From a virus (lineage: Duplodnaviria; Caudoviricetes): DNA of 64,000 bases. The stretch is taken from positions 64,001 through 128,000 of the IMG/VR virus record IMGVR_UViG_3300012157_000001; one strand, 5' to 3'. The translations under genes were made by a program, and so were the position numbers. Shown here one piece after another: positions 21,028 to 29,862 of the stretch. Within the stretch, counting starts at the first letter, position 1; each line of letters starts with the position of its first letter. Under the pieces are notes generated by a model, which made no database searches, was not told the DNA's origin, and saw only the letters and a program-made list of their open reading frames with translations.

Positions 21028-21381
21028 ATGACTGTTGCCGCGCTGCGCGTCGAACTGGAGCGCGAGGACGTGATGTGGGGCCTCACGATGATGCGCAGAG
21101 CGGAGGCCTGGGAACGATGGGAAACCGCTGAGGCATTGGTGCGCAGGCATCTACCAACGGGCGTGTACGTGCGCATGCCGCTTACGCTGATGCCGGACTG
21201 GTACCGTAATCTCTGGTGGGACCGAACACAGGTCGACGGTCGCGCCGCCCTGAACGACATCGACCAGCGAACTGTGGAGCTGAGAGGCGTGGGACCCGGA
21301 GGCACCGAGACGCTCTACCGTGTGGCCACCGTCGACTTCCTGGACGCAGTGCTAGCAGGCATCATCGGGGACGCCTCATGA
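21028..21381 (+). CDS. tag family B paralog 1
   Basis: LEREDVMWGLT...FLDAVLAGIIGDA. Confidence 0.7.
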   Translation: MTVAALRVELEREDVMWGLTMMRRAEAWERWETAEALVRRHLPTGVYVRMPLTLMPDWYRNLWWDRTQVDGRAALNDIDQRTVELRGVGPGGTETLYRVATVDFLDAVLAGIIGDAS

Positions 21382-21695
21382 CGCTCGCCGAGATTCGAGA
21401 GATTCTTCTTCGCGAGCTCGCCGTTTCTGCGCTATCCGGTCGCGAGAACAATTACTTCAACTTCGAACGCGGCGGACCGCGATTCACTCTACTTCGGAGG
21501 GTCGGAAAGCCGCTCGTGCTTCGTCACGTGCGCCGCGGGCAGCGCATTCGTTGGTACGAGAAGATCTACAGCGACGAGCCCCTCATCGTGGAGCGCGTCG
21601 AGACGGAACAGGTGATGTTCGAGAGCCCACGCCTCGTGATTCGGATGTCGCACTTCCTCAACGCCATCGCGAAAGGTGCGGCTCTGGACGCATGA
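21378..21695 (+). CDS. tag family B paralog 2
   Basis: LRELAVSALSG...FLNAIAKGAALDA. Confidence 0.7.
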   Translation: MTLAEIREILLRELAVSALSGRENNYFNFERGGPRFTLLRRVGKPLVLRHVRRGQRIRWYEKIYSDEPLIVERVETEQVMFESPRLVIRMSHFLNAIAKGAALDA

Positions 21696-22129
21696 GCATC
21701 GCGACCCTGAAAGAGGATCTCATGCGTGAGCTCGCCGTTGCGGCGCTGGCCGAACCGCCCGCGGGTTTCCTGCCGATCGGTGGCAGCACGGACCTGATTG
21801 ACTGGGAGAGTGGACCGACCTCTCCGCTACGCCGAGAAGCGTTGTTCCGCGCCCGGGGCCCAGCGCTGATCGTCGCTCACGTCCACGCCGGCTCGCGTAT
21901 CTGGCTCGCCACGGGTACTTTCCCGCAGAACGGTATCGTATCGATCGTGGAGACCAACGTGGTCCATTGGACCAACGATCACGTCGGCGTCTCTCGGCTC
22001 TGCGTTCGCAGGGACCCTGCGCGTCCACCACGGCGCTTCGAAACGGAGCACATGCCGCTCTTCCCGGAGCCGAGCCACATCGCCGCCTTTCTCTCGAACG
22101 TACTCCACGGCCATGTGCAGGACGCATGA
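21692..22129 (+). CDS. tag family B paralog 3
   Basis: MRELAVAALAE...FLSNVLHGHVQDA. Confidence 0.7.
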   Translation: MSIATLKEDLMRELAVAALAEPPAGFLPIGGSTDLIDWESGPTSPLRREALFRARGPALIVAHVHAGSRIWLATGTFPQNGIVSIVETNVVHWTNDHVGVSRLCVRRDPARPPRRFETEHMPLFPEPSHIAAFLSNVLHGHVQDA

Positions 22130-22536
22130 AGCTCGGCGAGCTCATCAAAGCCGCGGAGCGGCGCTTGAAACGGGTCGAGCGCACGCTCGCGTTCGACCTG
22201 CTTCGCGGTGATGACTGGGGAGCGGACAAGCGTCGATACCGCGCGTACGAGAAGGTTTCGGTTGGCGAGTACATCGCCACTGGCGATGAGGTCGAGTTCC
22301 ACCGCTCGCTCCTGCCAAAGGATAGCCCTTGGTACGGTGCCACGGCGCCCAGCCAAGCGTTCCACTGGAATGACTGGACGCGGCTGACGGTCGATCGCAT
22401 CGGCCCGGACTGCGTGCGCGTCCTGCTACCCGGACGTGGTAGCCACCCGATGCCCGTCGGCGACTTTGTGCGCGCCGTCGTGCGAGGCCACATACGCGAG
22501 CCTGTTTCCGCTGGGTCGGAAAATGCGCCTACTTGA
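22126..22536 (+). CDS. tag family B paralog 4
   Basis: VERTLAFDLLRG...FVRAVVRGHIRE. Confidence 0.7.
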   Translation: MKLGELIKAAERRLKRVERTLAFDLLRGDDWGADKRRYRAYEKVSVGEYIATGDEVEFHRSLLPKDSPWYGATAPSQAFHWNDWTRLTVDRIGPDCVRVLLPGRGSHPMPVGDFVRAVVRGHIREPVSAGSENAPT

Positions 22537-22543
22537 GGGAATG

Positions 22544-22572
22544 TTGCTGTCACTGCTGTCGTAGGCTACTCT
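22544..22572 (+). promoter_or_regulatory. sigma70-like promoter
   Basis: TTGCTG-N17-TACTCT upstream of the AAGGAG RBS of 22606. Confidence 0.5.
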
Positions 22573-22605
22573 GGCGGCATACACGCCGTAAAACAAGGAG
22601 ACCCG

Positions 22606-23352
22606 ATGACCAACGTAGTGATTTCCACCGAACGCGCGCGAGGCTGCGGTTACCGCAAACCTGCAAAGGACGGGGTGGGCATCTACCTCGTCGGCGATGG
22701 GCTCGGCGAACCTTGCGGGCTCTTGCCGTACCCCCTGGAGGTGTGCCCGTGCTGCGGCGGCGGCATCAAGGCGACCCGAGGCTGGACGTGGGTCACGCCG
22801 CAACTTCTCTTCGGCAAGGGGGACGTCCTGAGCAAGATCGCTGGCGTCGAACGCGAGTGCGAGAAGGCGCGACATCTCAAAACCGTTAGCGCCACACGCA
22901 GGATCTATGACGAGCTCGCAGCGAACGGTGCGTGCGCCAGGTGCCCGATCGGCAATCCGCCGGCCGGGCTGCACGGCCTGCTCTGGATCGGCGAAGCGTT
23001 CTATGCGACACCGGACGACTTTTCGCGCGAGGCGCAGGCGCAGGGCGTCTCTCGGAAGATCAAGGCGGTCCCGAAGGGCTTCAAGCTCGGCGAGACGTGG
23101 GTCATGCTCGCGCATCGCAAGGCCGTGCGGAACCCGGAAACGGGCGCACGAGAGCTGCCCGGAATCTTCACGATGTTCAAGCCGCGCGGGATCGATCTCG
23201 TGATCAAAGACGACGACGACGTCCCGGAAAAGGCGACGAAGCTCGCCGAACAGATCGGCGACGGCGCTCGGATCGTGAAGGTCGTTCGCGACGTCGACGC
23301 CCAGCTAGACATGGCCAAGGCGCCCGAGGCGCCGCAACCGGAAGCGCACTGA
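22606..23352 (+). CDS. conserved Cys-rich phage protein
   Basis: RGCGYRK..GIYL, CPCC, LLWIGEAFY; strong RBS. Confidence 0.75.
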   Translation: MTNVVISTERARGCGYRKPAKDGVGIYLVGDGLGEPCGLLPYPLEVCPCCGGGIKATRGWTWVTPQLLFGKGDVLSKIAGVERECEKARHLKTVSATRRIYDELAANGACARCPIGNPPAGLHGLLWIGEAFYATPDDFSREAQAQGVSRKIKAVPKGFKLGETWVMLAHRKAVRNPETGARELPGIFTMFKPRGIDLVIKDDDDVPEKATKLAEQIGDGARIVKVVRDVDAQLDMAKAPEAPQPEAH

Positions 23353-23355
23353 GCC

Positions 23356-23679
23356 GTGAGCGGCTCGGTGCTGATCGTGGGGGGCGACCGAGCCCCCCAC
23401 GGGATCGATGCGCTCGCCGCTCGCTTCGGTCTACCCGTCGAATGGGTCGAGGGCACAACCCGCAAGGTCGAGCAGGCGGAGCGCCGCGTACGATCCGGCT
23501 CGGTCGCCGCGCTCGTGGTCCTGGACGGTTATCTCTCCCACCGGACGTTCGGCACCCTGCTGGCTGCCAGCCGGGCTACCGGTACCCCGTTCGCCTACGC
23601 CGGCCGTGGCGGCAAGGCAGCCGTGGCGGCCGCCGGAGAGGCGCTGGCCGCCCCTTTGGCGGCGCGGAGGGTGGCCTGA
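23356..23679 (+). CDS. DUF2325-like protein
   Basis: SVLIVGG...LVVLDGYLSH...PFAY. Confidence 0.6.
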   Translation: MSGSVLIVGGDRAPHGIDALAARFGLPVEWVEGTTRKVEQAERRVRSGSVAALVVLDGYLSHRTFGTLLAASRATGTPFAYAGRGGKAAVAAAGEALAAPLAARRVA

Positions 23680-24195
23680 CCCGCTCGGGCGTACCGCGTA
23701 CGCCGCGCACCCAGCGGGCCGCCGCGGCGGCGGCGCCCACCGGCGGCGAGGTGCTCGTCCTGGCCGCTCCCAGGCTCGGGCGGGCGCCATGGCCGCCCAC
23801 CTACCTGGCGCGGGTTCACGACCTTCGGGGGCAGCTCAACGACCTCGGGAGCCTGCTGCGGCCGCTCCAGGACGCCCACCGGGCGTTCAAGGCGCTCGGC
23901 GGGGAGGAGCCGACCGAGGGCGTCACCGAGCGCTGGACGCTGCCGGCTGGGGCCTCGCTGATCGTCGAAGCCGGATTTCGCTTGACTACCGAAGTAGGCG
24001 ACATCGGCCGTGGCGTGATTCCGCCTCCTGACCCGGTAGTGTGCCTCGCGTCGGCGCTGCACACCGCGGAGCTCTGGGCCGAGGCCATGACCACCTTTGC
24101 GCAGGCCGCCCGCTGGGCGATCGAGCAGGCTGAGCAGTGGCACGTAAGCGTTCCCGGATTCGACTGAATCGACCTTGTGACACAATGGAGAGACC

Positions 24196-24522
24196 GTGAC
24201 GAAGAAGAACACAAAGACGGATCGCGTGAGCCTCGGACCGGTGATCGGCCCGAATGCACGGCTCGCCATGCGCGAGACGGATGGGAACATCGAGCCGATC
24301 GTTGTGCGCCGCGTGCTCGACGGCGAGCCGCTACACGACGGTACTGAGATCTCTGCTGTCGAGAACCCCAACTGCAGCTGCGGTCACTGGCAGGACTTGA
24401 AGCCGGTGTACAAGCGCGAAGGGCGCGCGACCGAGAGCGGCCCGGCTCAGGTCGCGACCCCCGAGTACAGAGCTGGCTACGACCGCATCTTCGGGAAGCG
24501 CCCGACGGTGGGGCTCGCGTGA
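24196..24522 (+). CDS. hypothetical protein
   Basis: GGAG RBS; GPAQVATPEYRAGYDRIFG. Confidence 0.7.
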   Translation: MTKKNTKTDRVSLGPVIGPNARLAMRETDGNIEPIVVRRVLDGEPLHDGTEISAVENPNCSCGHWQDLKPVYKREGRATESGPAQVATPEYRAGYDRIFGKRPTVGLA

Positions 24523-24799
24523 GCCTACTGAACCTGGACTTTCTCGTTGGTTGCCTGTGCGGCTCTTTCGTCATCCCCGCACTAGTCCGCCGGATGTCGA
24601 CGGGGCGATGGGACGGCTGGATCGAAGCGCGCCGGCAGAAACCAGCGCTCGGCTCTACTGTGCTCGCGTGCCTTCCGTGGACGAGCGTTCACGCGGTGAC
24701 GTACAACGGGCCCGACGGCGGCGGAGAAATTCCCGAGGATGCACCAGCTCTGCTGGCGTCCAATGCCACAGCGCCCTCACTTCCGGGTACGCTAGGAGC

Positions 24800-25801
24800 A
24801 TGTCCAGCGCCCTAATCACCGTCACGAGCCGTGCGCTCGAACCGGCCAAGGCAGCGGAGCTGCGCGCGACCGCCGAAGGGGCTACCGAATTCCTGAAAGC
24901 CGCTCGTGCCCCGAGCACACATGCCTCCTACGCATCGGACTGGCGGCAGTTCAGCGAATGGATCGAGGGTCACGGACTCGACCCGATTCCGGCGGATCCG
25001 CGCATGGTTGCCCTCTGGATCAGCCACATGGCGCGCGCTCTGAAGCGCAAGCCGTCGTCGATCCGCCGAATGCTCACGGCGATCGGAACCATCCACCGTC
25101 GCGCAGGCCATCCGAACCCGTGCGAGCAGGAAGTTGTCCGCGAAGAGATGCGCGGGATCGCCAACACGCTCGGCGTGCGACCGAAGCGGGCGGCGCCGCT
25201 CTTGATTCCACACCTGGAAGCCATCATCGCCGGCATGGGCGAGGGGCTCCGGGCCGCCCGTGATCGCGCGATCGTCCTCGTCGGCTGGAGCGGCGCTATG
25301 CGTCGGAGCGAGATCGCGGCTCTACGTGCCGAGGATCTGACGTTCCTCGACAAGGGCGTCAGCGTGCTGATTCGCCGGAGTAAGACTGACCAGGAAGGTA
25401 AGGGAGAGAACGTAGCCCTCTTCTACGCGACGCGGACGGCGCTCTGTCCCGTGCATGCGCTCCAGGAATGGATGCGCGCCGCGGCGATTACGGCGGGGCC
25501 GCTCTTTCTCCGCCTGAGCAGCCACCGCGACGCGCAGATCATCGCCGATCCGATGTCGCCAGAAATGGTTCGGTACATCGTACAGACGTGGACCGACCGC
25601 GCAGGTGTGCAGCCTGAGCAGATCGGTGCGGTGTTTTCGGCGCACTCGCTTCGCGCCGGCTTCATCACCGAGGCCGCTCGCAACGGCAAGGCCGAGTGGA
25701 CGATCGCGAAGCAGTCGCGTCATAAGAGCGCCGACGTGCTCCGGACGTACATCCGAACCGCCGATGCGTTCGAAGGGAACGCGGGAGAAGGACTGCTGTG
25801 A
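24800..25801 (+). CDS. tyrosine recombinase/integrase (Cre-like)
   Basis: catalytic R (AMRRSE), K (RSKTDQ), HSLR, H (SRHKS), Y (YIR); AGGAG RBS. Confidence 0.93.
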   Translation: MSSALITVTSRALEPAKAAELRATAEGATEFLKAARAPSTHASYASDWRQFSEWIEGHGLDPIPADPRMVALWISHMARALKRKPSSIRRMLTAIGTIHRRAGHPNPCEQEVVREEMRGIANTLGVRPKRAAPLLIPHLEAIIAGMGEGLRAARDRAIVLVGWSGAMRRSEIAALRAEDLTFLDKGVSVLIRRSKTDQEGKGENVALFYATRTALCPVHALQEWMRAAAITAGPLFLRLSSHRDAQIIADPMSPEMVRYIVQTWTDRAGVQPEQIGAVFSAHSLRAGFITEAARNGKAEWTIAKQSRHKSADVLRTYIRTADAFEGNAGEGLL

Positions 25802-26127
25802 GCGCCTACGAGGCGGCGCTGCTCCGAGAATCGGTGGCGCATGTCCTGGCCGGCGGCCGCGTATGTCCAGTGTACGGGCTGCCGCACTGGGTCTGCTCTA
25901 CGTTGCACTTGATCACCGGCGTCTGCCGCACGGTGACGACGGGGCGCTTTGAACGGGTCAGTGGCGGGTTCGCATCGAATGCCGACAAGAGCGGCATTTA
26001 CCGGCCGTGGATAGTGAGCCGCCCTGAGTGTCCGCATCACCCGGACGCGCAGGGCGAGACGTACTGGTCGACGCCCGCTGCCTCCACGCTCGATTGCGAG
26101 CAGCAGGCGATACAAGGCGGACCGTGA
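25798..26127 (+). CDS. tag family D paralog 1 (Cys/His-rich)
   Basis: RESVAHVLAGGRVCPVY..PHWVC..LH; CPHHP. Confidence 0.7.
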   Translation: MSAYEAALLRESVAHVLAGGRVCPVYGLPHWVCSTLHLITGVCRTVTTGRFERVSGGFASNADKSGIYRPWIVSRPECPHHPDAQGETYWSTPAASTLDCEQQAIQGGP

Positions 26128-26326
26128 GCAGTTCTTCGACCGACGTACTGGCCGAACACGACGACGAGCACTGCGCTTGTGGCTGGGAGCGCATCCTGGA
26201 GATCGACTTCGAGGGGATACCGGCAGCGGTTCTCGCCGCATTTCCGCCTTCGTTCACCGTGCTTTACCGCTGCCCTCGCTGCGGCCTGCAGTGGAGCGTA
26301 CACTTCGACAAGGAGCCCGAGAACTG

Positions 26327-26812
26327 ATGGCGCGCGCCGATGATATGGCTGGCGTCTGTGACCGCGAGTGCGCCGTTACCGCCCTCTCCGGGGCGCAAGT
26401 CTGTCCGATCTATCGTCTTCCGTGCTGGCTCTGCGTCGTGCTCCACATCATGACGGGGACCCTCCGGAGCGTGACCGAGGGACGCTTCGATCGGTTCGCC
26501 GGCCGCAGCTTCATGTTGCCGCTCGACGGCGATCAGAAGTACCTCTGGTCGCTGTGGCTCGTGTGCCCCCACCATCCAGGTGCCAGCACCATTGAGTACG
26601 CCAAGCGCCACGGACCCTCGTATTGGCACTACGCCGAACCCTCGCTCACGTCCACGCCGGTGACGCCGGCAAGGAAGGTGAGCGATGGCACATCACAAGC
26701 GGAAGCGACCGAAAAAGCGGCGGGCAGGCTGCCTCTACTGCAAGCCCCACAAGGCGAACGGGCAGGACGCGCAGCGGCGCCAAGAGATGCGCGCCCGGCT
26801 CTCGGAGGCTGA
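26327..26812 (+). CDS. tag family D paralog 2
   Basis: RECAVTALSGAQVCPIY..PCWLC..LH; CPHHP. Confidence 0.7.
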   Translation: MARADDMAGVCDRECAVTALSGAQVCPIYRLPCWLCVVLHIMTGTLRSVTEGRFDRFAGRSFMLPLDGDQKYLWSLWLVCPHHPGASTIEYAKRHGPSYWHYAEPSLTSTPVTPARKVSDGTSQAEATEKAAGRLPLLQAPQGERAGRAAAPRDARPALGG

Positions 26813-26831
26813 GCAGCGGAGCGACGCTTGA
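26685..26831 (+). CDS. small basic CxxC protein (48 aa, not in the ORF track)
   Basis: MAHHKRKRPKKRRAGCLYCKPHKANG; AAGGAAGG RBS. Confidence 0.55.
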   Translation: MAHHKRKRPKKRRAGCLYCKPHKANGQDAQRRQEMRARLSEAEQRSDA

Positions 26832-26866
26832 CGGCCGGCGCTGCCGCTGGCAGCGTTGGCGGCATG
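26828..26866 (+). promoter_or_regulatory. recurrent promoter, probably leaderless
   Basis: TTGACG-N17(ending TGG)-CAGCGT-7nt-ATG. Confidence 0.6.
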
Positions 26867-27223
26867 GCATTCGACCGATTCGTCTACTGGAGGAAAGGGA
26901 CGCGGCCCACCCGCGAGCAGGTGCAGTTCGTCCTGGAGGACTACGTGCGGGATCTGGCTACCGAGGTCAAATGGGAGCAGGACCGGTTCCTAGTGACGCT
27001 CCCAGGGATGGGCTCCCATCCAGCCGCCCGGATCGACGAGTCGGATACGACGCGCCTAGCCGCTGCGGAAGAGCGAAAGAATGAGCGATGGTTCGAGGTC
27101 TACGTCGACACGGACAACATCGACGTGATCACTCGGCGCGGGGACTGGATCACCAACGCCATCGCGACGGAGTTCGCCCGGATCTGCGCACAGTTCTGGC
27201 AGGGCGACCTGCAGATGGGGTGA
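26864..27223 (+). CDS. hypothetical protein
   Basis: ATG directly after the promoter motif. Confidence 0.7.
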   Translation: MAFDRFVYWRKGTRPTREQVQFVLEDYVRDLATEVKWEQDRFLVTLPGMGSHPAARIDESDTTRLAAAEERKNERWFEVYVDTDNIDVITRRGDWITNAIATEFARICAQFWQGDLQMG

Positions 27224-27233
27224 AGAGCGGCGC

Positions 27234-29432
27234 ATGGTTGCGATGTCCGACGTCGTCGCTGGCACCGAGCGCTGGCACGTGGCGCTCGCCGACTGCCTGT
27301 TCGCGCTCTCTTGCCTACCTGACGCTTCGGTCGATTCGATCGTGACGGACCCGCCGTACGGTCTAGGCACGCGAGACCCGACCGCCGAAGAGCTCGTCGC
27401 GTACCTGACATGTGGCGAGCTAGGGATTCAGCCCAAGGGCCGTCAGCACTGCGCGAACACAGTCCTTCGGGGCGCCTGTATCACGAATCCTAATGATCCT
27501 GAAGCCTCTACTTCGCAATTGACGGTCACGTTTCGTGTCCGCTTCTCTTCTGCTTTTGCGATGGCTGTCCGGAGTGTCCAGCTCCAGCACGAGGCGCTTC
27601 CCCACGAGAAAGTCGACAACATAGGCGGCGAACCCCAACTCGATGACATGCTGGTACCGGCACCGCACTCCGCGCCTACGCAGCGCACTCCGAACAGCCA
27701 GTTCCGTCTTGGGGAATTCCAAGGTTCTGCCGGATGCGTAGGTGTGTGCCGCTGTTTTACGCATCTTAGCGAGTCCCGCTTTGCTGTATCGGTACGGCTT
27801 GACGACGACTCGCTTCGAGAGCCCGAGGCTTCTGCCAGCGTAGTGACACCGACGAGAACAAAACTGCGAGCCGTGCTTACTCTTGATCTGGGAACGACAT
27901 CGGGAGAACTTTGTCTTGCAGACGGCACAGACCAGACGGACAGCGGTCTCCTGCTTGCGCCCACGAAGAATATAGGAACACCGCCTGCTGCAAGTGGTGT
28001 GTCTCCCTCGCTTCAACAGCCACTTCACAGCTCGGTAGGCCCGTCCACAGACGGGGCACGCACGATCCACGTGGCTGTTCCCGTCGCTCTTCTTCGGCGC
28101 TTCCACCAATCCAGCGTCTCACACAAAGATTTCATGGGCAAGGACTGGAGAATCCCACCTATTTCCGTCTGGCGAGAGCTTTACCGCGTCTTGAAGCCCG
28201 GGGGCCATGTGCTTTCGTTCGGCGGCACCCGTACCTTTGACTTGATCGCGCTCGGCCTCCGCGCGGCGGGCTTCCAGTTCCGCGACACGATCGGCGCCGA
28301 GGGCGTGCTGCGGTGGGTGCAGTCGCAGGGCATGCCGAAAGGGATCGACGTCGCGAAGGCGATCGACGCGATGGTCGGAGTCGCGCCTACGGTCATCGGC
28401 ACTCGCGTGCTCACGGGATCGGCGGCCATGTCGACAGCCGAGAAGGGGGGCACGTACGCGGCCGCAACGCGCAGCGCCGGCAGGAAAAAGGAGGTTGCCG
28501 TCACAGCTCCGACGTCGCCCGAAGCGCAAGCGTGGGACGGATGGAACGTCGCGCTGAAGCCGACGTGGGAACCCATCCTGATCTTTCGCAAACCGCTCGA
28601 CGGCACCGTGGCCGAGAACGTACTGCGCCACGGAACCGGGGGGCTCAATGTCGACGGATGCCGCGTGCGAGTCGATCCCGATGCAGACGCGGATCAGCTT
28701 CGACCGGTGAGCCGCGGCCAACGCACCGACGATGACGGCTGGGGCATGAATGCAACCGGCAGCACCACTGGGCAGGTGGTGAGCCCGGAGGGCCGCTGGC
28801 CACCGAACCAGCTGCTCTGCCACCTGCCGAGCTGTCTGCCTACCAAGACGATCGACGTCTGGGATTGTGCACCAGGCTGTCCCGTAGCCGCGCTCGACGC
28901 GCAGAGCGGAGAATGCCCCGCCGGTATCGCGGTCCTACGCAACGGCGGCGGGGGCAAAATATTCGGAAGCGAAAACACGAGAGGTCCGTCGCCGGACGGC
29001 GGATACACGGACACTGGCACGGCATCGCGGTTCTTTCCGCAGTTCGGCTGGGATCCAGTGCTCGACGGTCCTGGCTTTCTGTACGTTGCGAAGGCGTCGG
29101 GCGCCGAACGCGACGCCGGCCTCGACGGCGAGATCAACACGCACGTCTCTGTGAAACCCGTCACGCTCATGCAGTGGCTCATCCGCCTCGTGACACCGCC
29201 CGGGGGACTCGTGCTCGATCCGTATTCGGGTAGCGGTACTACCGGAGTTGCCGCGATGCGCGAGGCCGGAGGCTTCCGTTTCCTAGGGATCGACGTCGAC
29301 CCGGACTACGTGCCGATCGCCATAGCACGGATCCGTCACGTCTCCGGTGGGCACTACCGGACGCTCGCCGAGATCGCCGCCGCGGCCGCCGCGGGTTCCG
29401 CCGGTCCACAGAAGCAGCTCGGCCTCTTCTGA
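27234..29432 (+). CDS. N4/N6 DNA methyltransferase (beta class) with a ~235-codon in-frame insertion
   Basis: DSIVTDPPY, DFMGKDW, RVLKPGG, HVSVKP, VLDPYSGSGTT. Confidence 0.92.
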   Translation: MVAMSDVVAGTERWHVALADCLFALSCLPDASVDSIVTDPPYGLGTRDPTAEELVAYLTCGELGIQPKGRQHCANTVLRGACITNPNDPEASTSQLTVTFRVRFSSAFAMAVRSVQLQHEALPHEKVDNIGGEPQLDDMLVPAPHSAPTQRTPNSQFRLGEFQGSAGCVGVCRCFTHLSESRFAVSVRLDDDSLREPEASASVVTPTRTKLRAVLTLDLGTTSGELCLADGTDQTDSGLLLAPTKNIGTPPAASGVSPSLQQPLHSSVGPSTDGARTIHVAVPVALLRRFHQSSVSHKDFMGKDWRIPPISVWRELYRVLKPGGHVLSFGGTRTFDLIALGLRAAGFQFRDTIGAEGVLRWVQSQGMPKGIDVAKAIDAMVGVAPTVIGTRVLTGSAAMSTAEKGGTYAAATRSAGRKKEVAVTAPTSPEAQAWDGWNVALKPTWEPILIFRKPLDGTVAENVLRHGTGGLNVDGCRVRVDPDADADQLRPVSRGQRTDDDGWGMNATGSTTGQVVSPEGRWPPNQLLCHLPSCLPTKTIDVWDCAPGCPVAALDAQSGECPAGIAVLRNGGGGKIFGSENTRGPSPDGGYTDTGTASRFFPQFGWDPVLDGPGFLYVAKASGAERDAGLDGEINTHVSVKPVTLMQWLIRLVTPPGGLVLDPYSGSGTTGVAAMREAGGFRFLGIDVDPDYVPIAIARIRHVSGGHYRTLAEIAAAAAAGSAGPQKQLGLF
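27420..28109 (-). CDS. DUF559/Vsr-like (EDxHD-type) endonuclease with N-terminal zinc fingers, nested antisense in the methyltransferase
   Basis: CPVC..CSRRC, CAVC..CSRRC; TELAVRSAL..G..YQ..YVVDF..LVLELD..SH..DTKRDRQLRSRGFRIIRI. Confidence 0.85.
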   Translation of the reverse strand: MVEAPKKSDGNSHVDRACPVCGRAYRAVKWLLKRGRHTTCSRRCSYILRGRKQETAVRLVCAVCKTKFSRCRSQIKSKHGSQFCSRRCHYAGRSLGLSKRVVVKPYRYSKAGLAKMRKTAAHTYASGRTLEFPKTELAVRSALRRRGVRCRYQHVIELGFAAYVVDFLVGKRLVLELDTPDSHRKSRREADTKRDRQLRSRGFRIIRIRDTGAPKDCVRAVLTALGLNP

Positions 29433-29441
29433 AGACGTGCC

Positions 29442-29481
29442 TTGACATCGCGGCGACGCCGGTGGCAGCTTTGGCGTCATG
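29442..29481 (+). promoter_or_regulatory. recurrent promoter, probably leaderless
   Basis: TTGACA-N18(ending TGG)-CAGCTT-7nt-ATG. Confidence 0.55.
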
Positions 29482-29862
29482 GCCTACAAGGGCCCCGTCG
29501 CCACGATGCGCGAAGAGATGGAACGGGAGAGGGCCGCATTCGCTCTCACCGGCGAAAAGCCACTCGAACCGGACTCATGCCCGATCGCTCAGAAGGTACT
29601 GCGTGCTCGGCTGTTCACGCCTTTCCCATTTGTCTTCCTCAGCGACGGCAAACCGTTCCGACCGTGGCGTATAGGAATGGAAATGGTTGCGCCCAAGTGG
29701 TTCTGGGATGGAACCGGGCGCGCGTTGAACGATGACGCCGATGGGCTCGTGGTGGTGTGGACACGCAAGGCCCATCGTGCCTGGAACTCTCAGAGGTTCG
29801 CGACTCGCAGCATCGCCTCCGCAATCCTGCAGGGAGAGATCAAGGACGTTTTTTGGTGGTGA
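29479..29862 (+). CDS. tag family B paralog 5
   Basis: MERERAAFALTGE...IASAILQGEIKD. Confidence 0.72.
   Translation: MAYKGPVATMREEMERERAAFALTGEKPLEPDSCPIAQKVLRARLFTPFPFVFLSDGKPFRPWRIGMEMVAPKWFWDGTGRALNDDADGLVVVWTRKAHRAWNSQRFATRSIASAILQGEIKDVFWW

Noticed and set aside
22932-23700. N-terminal part of the 411-aa ORF 22932..24167
   Set aside because: Alternate frame over two better genes; only the part after about 23700 looks coding.
27410-28125. Methyltransferase insert as an intein (Cys near the start, HQ|S near the end)
   Set aside because: No Hint-domain blocks are recognisable, and the + frame is explained as the antisense shadow of the endonuclease, so the C and HQS look coincidental. 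No group I/II intron core is evident and little non-coding room remains.
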